Of a DNA stretch of 64,000 nucleotides, positions 1 through 8,980 are shown piece by piece. Below the pieces are notes generated by a model. The model was not told the origin of the DNA and made no database searches. It was given only the letters and a program-made list of their open reading frames with translations. Both the position numbers and the translations under genes were made by a program. Each line of letters begins with the position of its first letter. Positions within the stretch are counted from its first letter, which is position 1. The DNA comes from Eubacteriales bacterium (GTDB lineage: Bacteria; Bacillota; Clostridia; Oscillospirales; CAG-272), in the NCBI GenBank assembly GCA_045539595.1, contig JAZQFQ010000092.1:691-64690 (forward strand), given 5' to 3'.

Positions 1-334
1 GGTGGACGGAGGCGGTAGAGAGTGAGACCTGCAGGCCGGCGGCGGCCTCGGTCACGGATGAGAAGCGGAGCTGGACGCCGTCGGCATCGGTGGCCACGAC
101 CGGGACGCGGGTTGCGGCGTGCATGGCGGGGCAATGGCTCCGGGCGATCTCCTTGCGCAGGCAGCCGCAGCTGCGCGTCTGCCCGAGGCGGAGGTTGGAG
201 CCCGCGACCTCGAAGACGGTCCCGCAGTCGCAGCGGACCTTCCAGTTGTGGTTGCGGTTGTAGCTGGGGCCAGCGTCTTCCAGGACGACGATGCGGCCGA
301 AGCGGCGGCCGGTCATATCTTCCACGGGTTTCAT
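1..334 (-). CDS. AP2/HNH-endonuclease-associated Cys-repeat protein with NUMOD1-like HTH (runs off the window)
   Basis: Hand translation from ATG at 334: MKPVEDMTGRRFGRIVVLE...WKVRCDCG...NLRLGQTRSCGC...RFSSVTEAAAGLQVSLST; not in the ORF track. Confidence 0.65.
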   Translation of the reverse strand, partial: MKPVEDMTGRRFGRIVVLEDAGPSYNRNHNWKVRCDCGTVFEVAGSNLRLGQTRSCGCLRKEIARSHCPAMHAATRVPVVATDADGVQLRFSSVTEAAAGLQVSLSTASVH

Positions 335-459
335 TGCTGGTCCTCCTTGTTTGCGTCCCGGGCCTCCCAGAAGGCGAGGACGATGGTGGTGACGGTGAGC
401 CCGCCGAAGAAGACGACGATGCCGGCGAAGATGGCGGCGAGGATTTTGAGGATGGTCAT
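331..459 (-). CDS. small single-pass membrane protein
   Basis: MTILKILAAIFAGIVVFFGGLTVTTIVLAFW..., ATGA overlap with the next gene. Confidence 0.6.
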   Translation of the reverse strand: MTILKILAAIFAGIVVFFGGLTVTTIVLAFWEARDANKEDQQ

Positions 460-463
460 GGCG

Positions 464-697
464 TCAAAACATCATATCCGTGCGGATGGTTACGGTCTTG
501 ATCCTGCGCACCTGGCAGGCGATGAGGTAGGCACGGACGAAGACGCGCAGGTCGCACCAGCGCTTCTCGGCCATGTGCTGGATCCAGTTGGGCTCCGCGA
601 GGCGGTCGCCGTCGATGTCATAGGCCGGGGAGGCGTGCACCATGGTGCCGTCCTTCATGATTGTCCAGGGGCCTATCTTGGTAGCTTGTTCGTTCAT
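464..697 (-). CDS. hypothetical phage protein
   Basis: 77 aa ORF in a co-directional operon with typical codon usage. Confidence 0.7.
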   Translation of the reverse strand: MNEQATKIGPWTIMKDGTMVHASPAYDIDGDRLAEPNWIQHMAEKRWCDLRVFVRAYLIACQVRRIKTVTIRTDMMF

Positions 698-708
698 ATC
701 TTGGTAGC

Positions 709-2157
709 TTAGAAGGGTAGCTCGTTCTCGTCGTCCTGCGGTTCCGGCGCAGGTGCATGGGCGGATCCATACGTCGCGCCGAGAATGTGGCGCGACGGAG
801 CGGACGGAAGATCGTCATCGTCGTTGACCACACCGCCCTCGCTGAACTCGGAGTAGGTATCGTTGGGGATGAGGATGAAGCCGAGGTCGCCACCGCGTCC
901 GCCGGTGCGGCGCCCGCCGCGGTTCTTGCGCAGCCAGGCCGTGATGCTGAGCTGGCCGTCCCGCCACTCATTCTCGAGCATGATGACGATGTCGGCGTCC
1001 TGCTCGATAGAGCCGGAGTCGCGGAGGTCGTAGAGCTCCGGGGAGCGTTTGTCGCGGGCCTGGTCGCGGTTCAGCTGTGAGAGCAGCACGATTGGGATGC
1101 CGAGCCGCTTGGCCAGGGCCTTGAGGGTGCCGGTGATCCGGGCGATGATCTGGTAGAGCTTGGCGCCACCGCCGAGATTGTTGGTGTCCTGGACCAGGCC
1201 GAGGTAGTCGATGAAGGCGATCTTGCAGGCGCCGCGCTTGACGGCCTGGGTGATCCGGGCCACGATCTCCTCGAGGGTCCGGCTGAACTGGTTGATCCAG
1301 ATCGGCAGGCCGGCGAGATCCTGGGCCGCCTGGTCGAAGCGGGACCAGTCGATGTTGCCGTAGGCTATCTCCGCCGGCTTGACGTTGCCGGTGGACATGA
1401 TGAACTTCTCGCCCAGCTCGGTGCCGGTCATTTCCAGGGTGGAGATGTAGACCGGGAAGCCGAGGCGGGCGGCGTGCTTGGCGAAGTGCAGCATCAGGGA
1501 CGTCTTGCCGACGCCCGGGCGGGCGGCGAGCACGACCAGCTGGCCGGGCTTGAATCCGTTGTTGATGGCGCGGTCCAGGCAGTCGAAGCCGGTGGCGACG
1601 CGGGTGGCGCGGCCCTCCTTCATGGCGCGGGACGTGGCCTGCACCTCCCCGCGGACTTCCTCGATGGCCTCGGCGATGGTCTGCTCGGCGAGGATCGGGG
1701 CGGGGCCCTCCACCTGGGCGGAGAATCCCTCGGCAGCGGAGAGGATGTCGAGCTCGGCGGTGGCCGGGTTGACGGCGTGCTGGATGAAGGCGGCGGCGGC
1801 GATGTAGGCGCGGCGGCGCGTGGCGCCGGACCGAAGGAGGCGGGCGTGCTCCAGCGCGGAGATCAGGGTCGCCGGGCTATGCGTGTAGGGCAGCACTTCC
1901 TCGAGGAAGGGGTGGCCGACGATGGTGGCCATGGTGGCCAGGTCGAAGGAGCGGCCGTGGTTGTACTGGTCGACGACGGTCTCCCAGATCCCGCGGCGCT
2001 CCGCGTTGGTGAAGAAGTCCGGATGCAGCATCGGGAAGACGTCGCCCATCACATCGGGAGAGGTGACGAGGTCCGCGAGGACCTGCCGCTCGATCTTCGA
2101 TGTGTCCGGGAAGGGGATGTCCAGGATCTGGACGGGTGTTTGTCGCGTGTCTCTCAT
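709..2157 (-). CDS. dnaB: replicative DNA helicase, DnaB family
   Basis: Walker A AARPGVGKT, IDYLGL, LSQLNR, DLRDSGSIEQDADIV motifs. Confidence 0.95.
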   Translation of the reverse strand: MRDTRQTPVQILDIPFPDTSKIERQVLADLVTSPDVMGDVFPMLHPDFFTNAERRGIWETVVDQYNHGRSFDLATMATIVGHPFLEEVLPYTHSPATLISALEHARLLRSGATRRRAYIAAAAFIQHAVNPATAELDILSAAEGFSAQVEGPAPILAEQTIAEAIEEVRGEVQATSRAMKEGRATRVATGFDCLDRAINNGFKPGQLVVLAARPGVGKTSLMLHFAKHAARLGFPVYISTLEMTGTELGEKFIMSTGNVKPAEIAYGNIDWSRFDQAAQDLAGLPIWINQFSRTLEEIVARITQAVKRGACKIAFIDYLGLVQDTNNLGGGAKLYQIIARITGTLKALAKRLGIPIVLLSQLNRDQARDKRSPELYDLRDSGSIEQDADIVIMLENEWRDGQLSITAWLRKNRGGRRTGGRGGDLGFILIPNDTYSEFSEGGVVNDDDDLPSAPSRHILGATYGSAHAPAPEPQDDENELPF

Positions 2158-2948
2158 TTCTTGAATCCGGGGAATAGGGTGGCAAACTCATCCTCGGAGA
2201 CGGGGACGACCCGCTTGCGCGGCTGCGCCTTCGCGCGCTCGGGCTCCGGCTGGGAGAATACCTGGTTCTTTCGATATTGGGACCATTGGACGACGTTGAG
2301 CTTCCAGTTGCTTATCTGGTGGCGCTTGGATCCCTTGCCGGTCATCCAGCCGGCCTCGGTCTGGTAGCGGACGTAGTAGTCGGCGAAGCCCGCCGGATCG
2401 GCGAAGCCCTGGGCCTCGGCGTAGGCCGTCACCTCCTCAACCGTCGGCGGGACAAAAGAAGCCGCAGCAGCCGGCGCGTTTTCGCGCGAGTTTTTGTTGT
2501 TAGTTTTTGTATGGGATACTGGTAGTATATTATTACTATCTACTATAGGGGTCGGGCACTCCAGTGCACTATGGGTCGGGCACTCCAGTGCACTATCCCC
2601 CTGACTTTTTCTGGCCCTTTTTCCGGCCCATTTTATCTTGGTCTTGGCGCCGATCGGAGCGGCTTCTGCCGTCTCCGGAGGGATCGCCCAGAACTCCGAG
2701 ATCCGGCCCTTTGCGGTGGTCACGACCTCGTGTGCGACGAGGCCCAGGTCCTCCAGCTCGCGGATGAGATCCTTTGCGTGGCGTTCCTTGCATTTCAGCC
2801 ACTCGGCGATGTGCTTGGCGGTGGCGCGCATCCTGCTGCGTCCGTCGCGGGAATAGCCCCAAATGATGGCGTACAGCCGCAGCTGCTTCTCGGTGAGCTC
2901 GAGATCGAGCATCCAGCCCTGGATCACGATGTAGTCGTCGTTTCTCAT
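2154..2948 (-). CDS. phage replication initiator (N-terminal wHTH, C-terminal FVPPTVEEV/WK domain)
   Basis: N-terminal HTH (LYAIIWGYS), FVPPTVEEV..FADYY..GW..ISNWK motif; lies directly upstream of the helicase; internal iterons. Confidence 0.8.
   Translation of the reverse strand: MRNDDYIVIQGWMLDLELTEKQLRLYAIIWGYSRDGRSRMRATAKHIAEWLKCKERHAKDLIRELEDLGLVAHEVVTTAKGRISEFWAIPPETAEAAPIGAKTKIKWAGKRARKSQGDSALECPTHSALECPTPIVDSNNILPVSHTKTNNKNSRENAPAAAASFVPPTVEEVTAYAEAQGFADPAGFADYYVRYQTEAGWMTGKGSKRHQISNWKLNVVQWSQYRKNQVFSQPEPERAKAQPRKRVVPVSEDEFATLFPGFKK
2549..2596. repeat. 24-bp tandem repeat x2 (putative replication iterons) next to an AT-rich stretch
   Basis: gggtcgggcactccagtgcactat at 2549-2572 and 2573-2596; AT-rich 2490-2546. 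Confidence 0.75.
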
Positions 2949-2958
2949 ACCTCAACCG

Positions 2959-3822
2959 TTACTTTTGGAAGACTTGGTTAACTGCCTGCTGTTGCGCATT
3001 GTTGCGCGCCTCGATGGCGAGCTGGACGATGAGCGCCTCGGCGCCCTCGCGCAGGACGACCTCGTTGCGCAGCCAGGCGAGGCCGGCGGCCCAGGAGTTG
3101 GGGTCGTCGTAGTCGTACCGAGCGAGCTCGGCGATGAGCCTGCGGGCGCGTCCCTTCTGGACGTCCACGACCTCGCAGACCTTGCTCGGGTTGCGGGGCA
3201 GCTGCTGGCCCTGGTAGGGCTGGCCGTCGGAGGCGTAGACCGGGCCGGGGCCATATCCGCCCGCCTGCGGCTCATTCTGCGGCGCCTGGCGGCCTTGAGG
3301 GGGCAGGGTGGTATACTTGCCCGGCTGGCCGTTTCGCGGCGCTCCTGCGGCCATTTCCCGAGGGTCGTACTTGGAGCCCCACGCGGCGTCCTTCTCGTAG
3401 TAGATGTCGGCGGCCATACCGAGCGACTTGCAGGCGACGGAGATCGCGTCCGTGGTAGCCATCTTCCAGGCCTCGTCGTTGATCCCTTCCCCGCGGCCCT
3501 TGCCGCAGAGCTTCGAGCCGCCGGTGCCCTCGATGGGCTCAGACCAGGCGTCGCCGAGGCGGACGCGCAGCTCGACCTTCACGAAGGCGCCGACCTCGCC
3601 GGCGCACTCGTTGGTCCAGCGCTCGACCTCGCGGACGTTCCAGCCGAAGCCGACCGGGCCGAACTTCTCCGTCAGCATTTTAAGACGCCAGACGGGGTTG
3701 ATGTCCGTCTTGCCGTTGAGGTGGCCGCCCTGGATCCGGCGCCGTGCCGTTTCCGGGACCGCCCTCATGTCCTCCCAGATCTGGAGGTTCTCAGGTGTTT
3801 TGATTTCTGAACTTTTTGCCAT
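2959..3822 (-). CDS. Rad52/Sak-like single-strand annealing protein
   Basis: TDINPVWRLKMLTEKFGPVGFGW and DEAWKMATTDAISVACKSLGMAADIY motifs. Confidence 0.8.
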   Translation of the reverse strand: MAKSSEIKTPENLQIWEDMRAVPETARRRIQGGHLNGKTDINPVWRLKMLTEKFGPVGFGWNVREVERWTNECAGEVGAFVKVELRVRLGDAWSEPIEGTGGSKLCGKGRGEGINDEAWKMATTDAISVACKSLGMAADIYYEKDAAWGSKYDPREMAAGAPRNGQPGKYTTLPPQGRQAPQNEPQAGGYGPGPVYASDGQPYQGQQLPRNPSKVCEVVDVQKGRARRLIAELARYDYDDPNSWAAGLAWLRNEVVLREGAEALIVQLAIEARNNAQQQAVNQVFQK

Positions 3823-3912
3823 AATTTTGTACCGTTTTGTAGGAGTGTTTGACGTTTGTTGTTAAACATTCATGTTGTGCAGCAGCTGCGCCGCGAGGTG
3901 CGGCTGCTTCTT

Positions 3913-4029
3913 TTGTGCTGGGGGCCGGATTCGGACCGGCATCTCCTCGCACCCGCCAAATGAAGTCTCCCAACCACATAGGATTGTTTGGGGACGGGCC
4001 GGGCGCTGTGACCATCACACCGCCCCAGC
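3913..4029 (-). ncRNA. tRNA-like RNA with the anticodon arm replaced by an extended domain
   Basis: Acceptor stem GCTGGGG/CCCCAGC, T-arm GCCGG-TCCGAAT-CCGGC, D-arm-like GTG-TGATGGT-CAC, about 60 nt in place of the anticodon arm. Confidence 0.55.
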
Positions 4030-4306
4030 TTGTGCGCCTGGCCGCTTGCATTCGATTGCCAGGCGCTCCGGTCTATTCCCGGAAGTCATACATAATGAAG
4101 CGATAGCAGTATCTCCGATCCATTGCTGGAATCGTGACCGCCTGCGTGGCGCGCAGATGACTGCAGGCGACTATCTGAAAAAGAGCTTGACTGCGCGGCT
4201 TGTGTCTTCCTTCAAAACCCGGGGACCGGGCCGCTGCCCCGGGTGTGCGATTAAACCAATTATCTCTGATCCTTGAACTATGGAAAAAGCACTGGCCCGG
4301 CACGCC

Positions 4307-4726
4307 TCACGGCGTTTGGCGTTCCTCGCGGCAGAGCCGGAGGTATTCGTTATATTTCGCGCTGCGGATCACCCGGAGCCGCTGGCGGGTGCTCCTGGCG
4401 CGTCCCTTGCCGGCGTCGATGGCCTGGATGGCGTCGAAGTCGTGCGGGTCGACGCGCTTGGCGTCCCGGAGCAGCAGGAGGTCGGAGTCCGGCGGGAGCG
4501 GGCAGGAGGTCCGGAGCCGCCGGTCGGCTTCCGCCATCTCGGCGCGCAGCTGGTCGGGGTCGAGGTCCTCCCGGGTGCCGGTCTCGTAGACCGATGAGAG
4601 GATCCCGCGGTTCTGGCCGTCCGTGATCTTAGTCCAGAGTTCCTCCCGGGTGCGGGCGGTGATCATGGACCTGGAGTCGCAGCAGGCGTTCCAGACGCTT
4701 GCCCAGAAGACGGTCACGGTCTCCAT
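4307..4726 (-). CDS. hypothetical phage protein
   Basis: 139 aa ORF, operon context. Confidence 0.65.
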   Translation of the reverse strand: METVTVFWASVWNACCDSRSMITARTREELWTKITDGQNRGILSSVYETGTREDLDPDQLRAEMAEADRRLRTSCPLPPDSDLLLLRDAKRVDPHDFDAIQAIDAGKGRARSTRQRLRVIRSAKYNEYLRLCREERQTP

Positions 4727-4881
4727 ATCCAGTCGGTGTTGTAGTTGATGAGGGCGACAGCTCCGGCCCAGCTGAGGGCGATGGCGCAGAGGAAGGCCAG
4801 GATCCCGTGGCAGACGGCTCCGATGACGATGCCGGCGATGACTGCCAGGGCGGCGATGGTGTTGGTGATGGTGCGTTTCAT
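4714..4881 (-). CDS. small two-TM membrane protein
   Basis: MKRTITNTIAALAVIAGIVIGAVCHGILAFLCAIALSWAGAVALINY. Confidence 0.65.
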   Translation of the reverse strand: MKRTITNTIAALAVIAGIVIGAVCHGILAFLCAIALSWAGAVALINYNTDWIWRP

Positions 4882-4892
4882 GTTGTGCTGTG

Positions 4893-5093
4893 TTAATAGA
4901 CGAAGGCGTGGAGGTAGGCGACGTCGTCGCCTTTGTAGAGGGCCACGGAGGATCCGGGGCGGTGGTAGCGCTTGATGATCCCCTTCTGGACGTATCGGGT
5001 GAGCGTGGACGTGCCGATCCCGAGGACGTCGCAGACCTGGCGGCCGGTGTAGAGGCCGGCGCGGTCGAAGGAGGTGGGAAGGACGGCGACCAT
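4893..5093 (-). CDS. excisionase-like / MerR-type HTH protein
   Basis: LYTGRQVCDVLGIGTSTLTRYVQKGII HTH. Confidence 0.75.
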   Translation of the reverse strand: MVAVLPTSFDRAGLYTGRQVCDVLGIGTSTLTRYVQKGIIKRYHRPGSSVALYKGDDVAYLHAFVY

Positions 5094-5095
5094 GG

Positions 5096-5317
5096 CTATG
5101 AGCGCTTGGCGGGTTGGATGGTCTCGGTGCGGACCAGGGCGTTGCGGATCCCGGCGATGGACTTGGACTGGTAGCGACCAGACCCGGCCAGGGTGCGGAT
5201 GATCCTGAAGGCGGATGCCTCCGGATAAGCGCGACGCAATGCCTTGAACTCGGCGGCGATCCGCTGGTCTTCAGCAGCGCGGCGGCGCTCGGTGTCGGTG
5301 AGTTGTAAGAGTTGCAT
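5096..5317 (-). CDS. small DNA-binding protein (Cro-like position)
   Basis: MQLLQLTDTERRR...; first gene after a promoter at 5343-5372. Confidence 0.6.
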   Translation of the reverse strand: MQLLQLTDTERRRAAEDQRIAAEFKALRRAYPEASAFRIIRTLAGSGRYQSKSIAGIRNALVRTETIQPAKRS

Positions 5318-5342
5318 TTTGTTCTCGTTTTCAAAACTTGTG

Positions 5343-5372
5343 CGAATATAGTTATTTCTTTTGTTTTTCAAA
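5343..5372 (-). promoter_or_regulatory. Bacteroidota sigmaA-type promoter
   Basis: TTTG-18 nt-TATATTCG on the minus strand; shares AAATAACTATATT with the 8317-8346 promoter. Confidence 0.6.
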
Positions 5373-5392
5373 AGGTTTTGCGCAAAAAATTT

Positions 5393-5863
5393 TCAGTCGA
5401 ATAGCGAGAGCTGGGTGAAGGTGGGCTGCTTCGGTGCTGAGAGCTCGGCGATCTTTTCGCGGATTAGGCACAGGAGGATGTCGGCATCGCGCCTGGAGAT
5501 CGGGCAGGAGACCCTTTTCCGATCTGCGTGCAAAGTCACGAAGGCGGCCGCAAACTCAAGCTCGGCGCACCGCGCCTTGTCTTCGGTCGTTTCGGCGCTG
5601 AATTGCAGGCGGCCGGGCAGGCCGCTCGTGCCCGCCGTGGGGAAGGATATATCCCTGCAGTGGGACCATAGGCCGGACGGCGTTTGCGCCGTGAAGATCC
5701 CGATCCTCCAGCCGCGTCCATAGATGCCGAGGACGTGCGGATTGATGCAGACGCCGTGTGCGTTGAAGACGAAGCCGCCCGTCTCCCTTGGATGGAGGTC
5801 CGGGGACACGCCGCAGAGACGATCCCACTCGGCCATCGTGTATTCCTTCCAGGTCGGTTTCAT
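5393..5863 (-). CDS. hypothetical phage protein
   Basis: 156 aa, ends in QLSLFD (clamp-binding-like motif). Confidence 0.7.
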   Translation of the reverse strand: MKPTWKEYTMAEWDRLCGVSPDLHPRETGGFVFNAHGVCINPHVLGIYGRGWRIGIFTAQTPSGLWSHCRDISFPTAGTSGLPGRLQFSAETTEDKARCAELEFAAAFVTLHADRKRVSCPISRRDADILLCLIREKIAELSAPKQPTFTQLSLFD

Positions 5864-6045
5864 TTGAAGAGGCGCTTCTGGCGGGCCTTGGCCTCCCGCC
5901 GCTCGGCCTTGACGACGAGCAGCAGGAGAAGGCGGGCCTGGTTGATGATCTCATTCGCGCGGACCGCACGGGCGGCCTGCTGGATCTTGTAGAGGCGGTG
6001 GTGGATCTGCGCCACCTCGCCCTGGGTGAAGTTCACGTCCGTCAT
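5860..6045 (-). CDS. hypothetical protein
   Basis: ATGA-coupled small ORF. Confidence 0.65.
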   Translation of the reverse strand: MTDVNFTQGEVAQIHHRLYKIQQAARAVRANEIINQARLLLLLVVKAERREAKARQKRLFK

Positions 6046-6395
6046 GACCGGGTAGGGTTGGGTTTGACGGCGATAGCCTTCCGGGCCTGCTGAGGCTCGG
6101 CGACCAGAGGGATATTGAAGCGGGCACGGATCGCGTCAATGGCGCCCGTGAGGGCTTTGTAGTTGATGTTCATGTCGCTGGTGACGACCTCGATGCGGCC
6201 CCCGGAGAAGCCGTCGGTGATGATGTAGCCGCCCGCCGGCTGGCTGGAGATGATGTCGTCCAGTACGGTCTCCTTGAAGACGGAGATGTCTACCGCGATG
6301 CCTCCGCCCAGGTCCTCGAGGGCGATGGTGCCGGCATTCACCTTGTTGCCCTGCTCATCCTTGATGTAGAAGAGGGCCAGTTCTTTGCGTTTCAT
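6042..6395 (-). CDS. hypothetical protein
   Basis: ATGA-coupled ORF, 117 aa. Confidence 0.7.
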   Translation of the reverse strand: MKRKELALFYIKDEQGNKVNAGTIALEDLGGGIAVDISVFKETVLDDIISSQPAGGYIITDGFSGGRIEVVTSDMNINYKALTGAIDAIRARFNIPLVAEPQQARKAIAVKPNPTRS

Positions 6396-6622
6396 TTCAA
6401 TTCTCGGTTTGTGATTTCGTAGTAGATGACGGTGTCGCCCTTCTGGATGCGGAGGCAGCAGCCGGCCTCGGTCATGAGGGTGCGGCAGCCTTGGGCCTTC
6501 GCCTCGTCGCGCAGCTGGCCCAGCTGCTTCCGGGCGTACTCCAGGCGGCGGTGCGCGTCGAGGATCTCGATGGCCTCACCTTGGCGCCTGGTGGTGATGT
6601 AGACCTTGGAGGTGGCGTTCAT
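6392..6622 (-). CDS. hypothetical protein
   Basis: ATGA-coupled ORF. Confidence 0.7.
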   Translation of the reverse strand: MNATSKVYITTRRQGEAIEILDAHRRLEYARKQLGQLRDEAKAQGCRTLMTEAGCCLRIQKGDTVIYYEITNRELK

Positions 6623-6843
6623 TTCCGGCCCTCCTTGTAGATGCGGGCAGCCTCTTCGGCGGCCATGAAGTCGTAGAAGTGCATGACGTCGATCTGCATG
6701 GGCTCGCCATGGGCCGGGATGACCTTGCAGGCGAAGTTGCAGCGGAAGACGCCATTCGGCAGGGATGTGGCCCTGGCGATGACGGTCAGGTCGCCGAAGG
6801 TGCGGCGGGCCGTCATATGGTTACACTCGCGCGCCATGGTCAA
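6619..6843 (-). CDS. hypothetical protein
   Basis: coupled ORF in the early operon. Confidence 0.65.
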   Translation of the reverse strand: MTMARECNHMTARRTFGDLTVIARATSLPNGVFRCNFACKVIPAHGEPMQIDVMHFYDFMAAEEAARIYKEGRK

Positions 6844-7042
6844 AGGCTTTTAGAATCTCGGCGAGGCGGACGACCCGCCCCCCCCTATCGGCGTAGAATT
6901 TGGCCTCTGCGAGGCTCCAGGGGCGCCCCGAAGCGGTGCGCCGGATATTCCACCGGCGGCGCTGCTGGATGCGCAGGATGGTGCCCTGGATGCAGCGGGC
7001 GACCTCGGCCCGCTGCTCGGCGGTGATGGTGATCTGTTCCAT
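6821..7042 (-). CDS. hypothetical protein
   Basis: coupled ORF in the early operon. Confidence 0.6.
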   Translation of the reverse strand: MEQITITAEQRAEVARCIQGTILRIQQRRRWNIRRTASGRPWSLAEAKFYADRGGRVVRLAEILKAFDHGARV

Positions 7043-7045
7043 GGG

Positions 7046-7357
7046 CTATTCGTTGAGGATTTCGACGGCGTTGACGACGATCTCGGGGATAGACCGGGTG
7101 TTTCCGGCGCGATCGGTGTAGGAGGACATCCGGAGACGTCCGAGGACGCGGACGGCGTCGCCGGTCTTGAGGGCGGGCGCTTCCGGGCCCTCGGTGAAGA
7201 AGACGCAGTTGTGCCAGGTGGTGTCCAGCTGGCCAGGACCTCCGACCACGTTGGTGGTACAGACGGAGAAGCGGAAGACCTGGGTGCCCTTCTTGGTCTT
7301 GAAGACTCGGACCGCGCTGATGCGGCCCTTCAGTTCGATGCGGTTGAGCTGTTCCAT
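7046..7357 (-). CDS. ssb: single-stranded DNA-binding protein (short Bacteroidota type, no acidic tail)
   Basis: MEQLNRIELKGRI...FSVCT...TTWHNCVFF...LKTGDAVRVLGRLR OB-fold motifs. Confidence 0.85.
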   Translation of the reverse strand: MEQLNRIELKGRISAVRVFKTKKGTQVFRFSVCTTNVVGGPGQLDTTWHNCVFFTEGPEAPALKTGDAVRVLGRLRMSSYTDRAGNTRSIPEIVVNAVEILNE

Positions 7358-7359
7358 GG

Positions 7360-7821
7360 TCAGGCGTAGATGAGGGATCCAAACATGATAATCTGCATGA
7401 GTGCCTCGGCCTCGGGGTTGTCGAACTCCGAGGACTCGTCCGCCAGGTGGATGGCGCACTTGGCGACCCATCCGCGATCGCCTGGGGCGCTCGGTGCGAA
7501 GTTGCCGTCCAAGGCGTCGGCGATGCCTCGCTTGACGTCGTCGAGCTCGATCCGGTAGGTGACGGAGTCATCCTCGTTGAAGCAGCAGAGGTTTCCGCCA
7601 TAGTTGCAGCCCTCGGCCTGATGGTCGGTGAGATAGATGGGATGCCCGACGAGCAGGGCCTTTGCCCAGATGTCCTCCCGGCTGTCGCCGTCAGATTCGA
7701 CTACGTCAAGAGTCAGCTCCGACACGGTGCCGGAGAGCCAGCTGGAGCCGTAGGTGGCCGTGCTGAGCAGGTTCACGAGATCCTCGTGCGTGATCTCGGT
7801 GATGGTGGTTTTTGTCTTCAT
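7360..7821 (-). CDS. hypothetical phage protein
   Basis: 153 aa, ends QIIMFGSLIYA. Confidence 0.75.
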   Translation of the reverse strand: MKTKTTITEITHEDLVNLLSTATYGSSWLSGTVSELTLDVVESDGDSREDIWAKALLVGHPIYLTDHQAEGCNYGGNLCCFNEDDSVTYRIELDDVKRGIADALDGNFAPSAPGDRGWVAKCAIHLADESSEFDNPEAEALMQIIMFGSLIYA

Positions 7822-7860
7822 GTTGTGCTGGTTTTATAGGGGCCCGGAGGCCCCGGGGTT

Positions 7861-8253
7861 TTACTTGAGGTTCTCGCAGATATAGGCGACGTCGTCGGAG
7901 TCCAGGGCGATCTCGTTGGCCAGCTTGTGAGTGATCACCGTGCTGGCGCCGAGCAGTTCCTTCACGCCGCGCCAGGTAGTCGGGTCGTCGGCGATGCCGG
8001 CGGCGTCCAGGAGGGCGGCCTTGAGCTTCTCGATGTCGACCAGGCGGGCGGCGGCCAGGCGGCGCTGTTCCTGCATCTCGTCGGCCAATGCTGAAACGGT
8101 TTTGGATTCCAGGAGCCAGGGGTGCTCCTTTATCTCTCTGCAGACTTCCTCTTTGGTGAGGGCTCCGGCGGCGAGGTAGATGTCCTCGGCGTGTCTGAAG
8201 GTGGGCTCGTTGACCATCATGCCGGTCAGGGTTTCGAATTCGTGCTTTTGCAT
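7861..8253 (-). CDS. hypothetical early protein
   Basis: first gene after the 8317-8346 promoter. Confidence 0.75.
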   Translation of the reverse strand: MQKHEFETLTGMMVNEPTFRHAEDIYLAAGALTKEEVCREIKEHPWLLESKTVSALADEMQEQRRLAAARLVDIEKLKAALLDAAGIADDPTTWRGVKELLGASTVITHKLANEIALDSDDVAYICENLK

Positions 8254-8316
8254 AATGTTTGAAATTTGAATAATTTGTTTTATTTTTGGTCGTGCGTTCC
8301 GTTACGATTGACAACG

Positions 8317-8346
8317 CAAATATAGTTATTTATTTTGATTCGCAAA
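8317..8346 (-). promoter_or_regulatory. Bacteroidota sigmaA-type early promoter, divergent from the repressor
   Basis: TTTG-18 nt-TATATTTG matches the -33/-7 consensus. Confidence 0.7.
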
Positions 8347-8370
8347 AGTTTTTGCAAGTTTTTTTGGCAT

Positions 8371-8757
8371 ATGAGCAAGCAAAGCGACGCGATCCGCGAA
8401 TACTTTGACAAATACGGCATTCTACAGCGCGAAATCGCGGAGGCGCTCGGAGTGCACGAGGGGACGGTCTCGAACATTCTGGCGGGCCGGTTCGGTATCT
8501 CAAAAAACATCGCCAGGAAGATGGCGGAGATTTACGGCTTCGACCTCGGATTCCTTCTATCCGGAGAAGGCTCACTCTTTGCCCCGGGCGTCCGGATCAG
8601 CCAGTCGCAGAAGGTAAACGGCGGCACCGGCATCCAGGCCGTAGGAGCAGACCAGACCCTCGCCATCGAAAACGCCCAGCTCCGCCAGCAGCTGGAGCAA
8701 TGCCGGGCGGAGAAGGACCGGCTCCTGGGGATCATTGAAACGCTCACGAAGCGGTAA
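8371..8757 (+). CDS. CI-like XRE HTH repressor (no S24 peptidase domain)
   Basis: ILQREIAEALGVHEGTVSNILAGR HTH, FLLSGEGSLF, C-terminal coiled coil. Confidence 0.85.
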   Translation: MSKQSDAIREYFDKYGILQREIAEALGVHEGTVSNILAGRFGISKNIARKMAEIYGFDLGFLLSGEGSLFAPGVRISQSQKVNGGTGIQAVGADQTLAIENAQLRQQLEQCRAEKDRLLGIIETLTKR

Positions 8758-8980
8758 ATCCCGCGCCGTGCCTGCGCGTCAAAATGGGGTGTGCACCAAA
8801 TTATGTGACCCTCAACAACTTACGCGATTATAGATGGATTTCGGATTCGGAGCGCCTTGATTTCGCCTTCCTGCGTGCCTGGAAGGCCGGTTCGGCTTTT
8901 TGGGCGTGTTCCATTCTTTCCCACGGCTTGCCGCCGCGTCCCGACTTCGACCGCATCACCTGCACAAAACCTGCACAGCC

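Noticed and set aside
2549-2596. 24-bp repeats here and at 63576-63625 as a possible CRISPR array
   Set aside because: Only two adjacent copies with no spacers, in frame within genes, and no cas genes.
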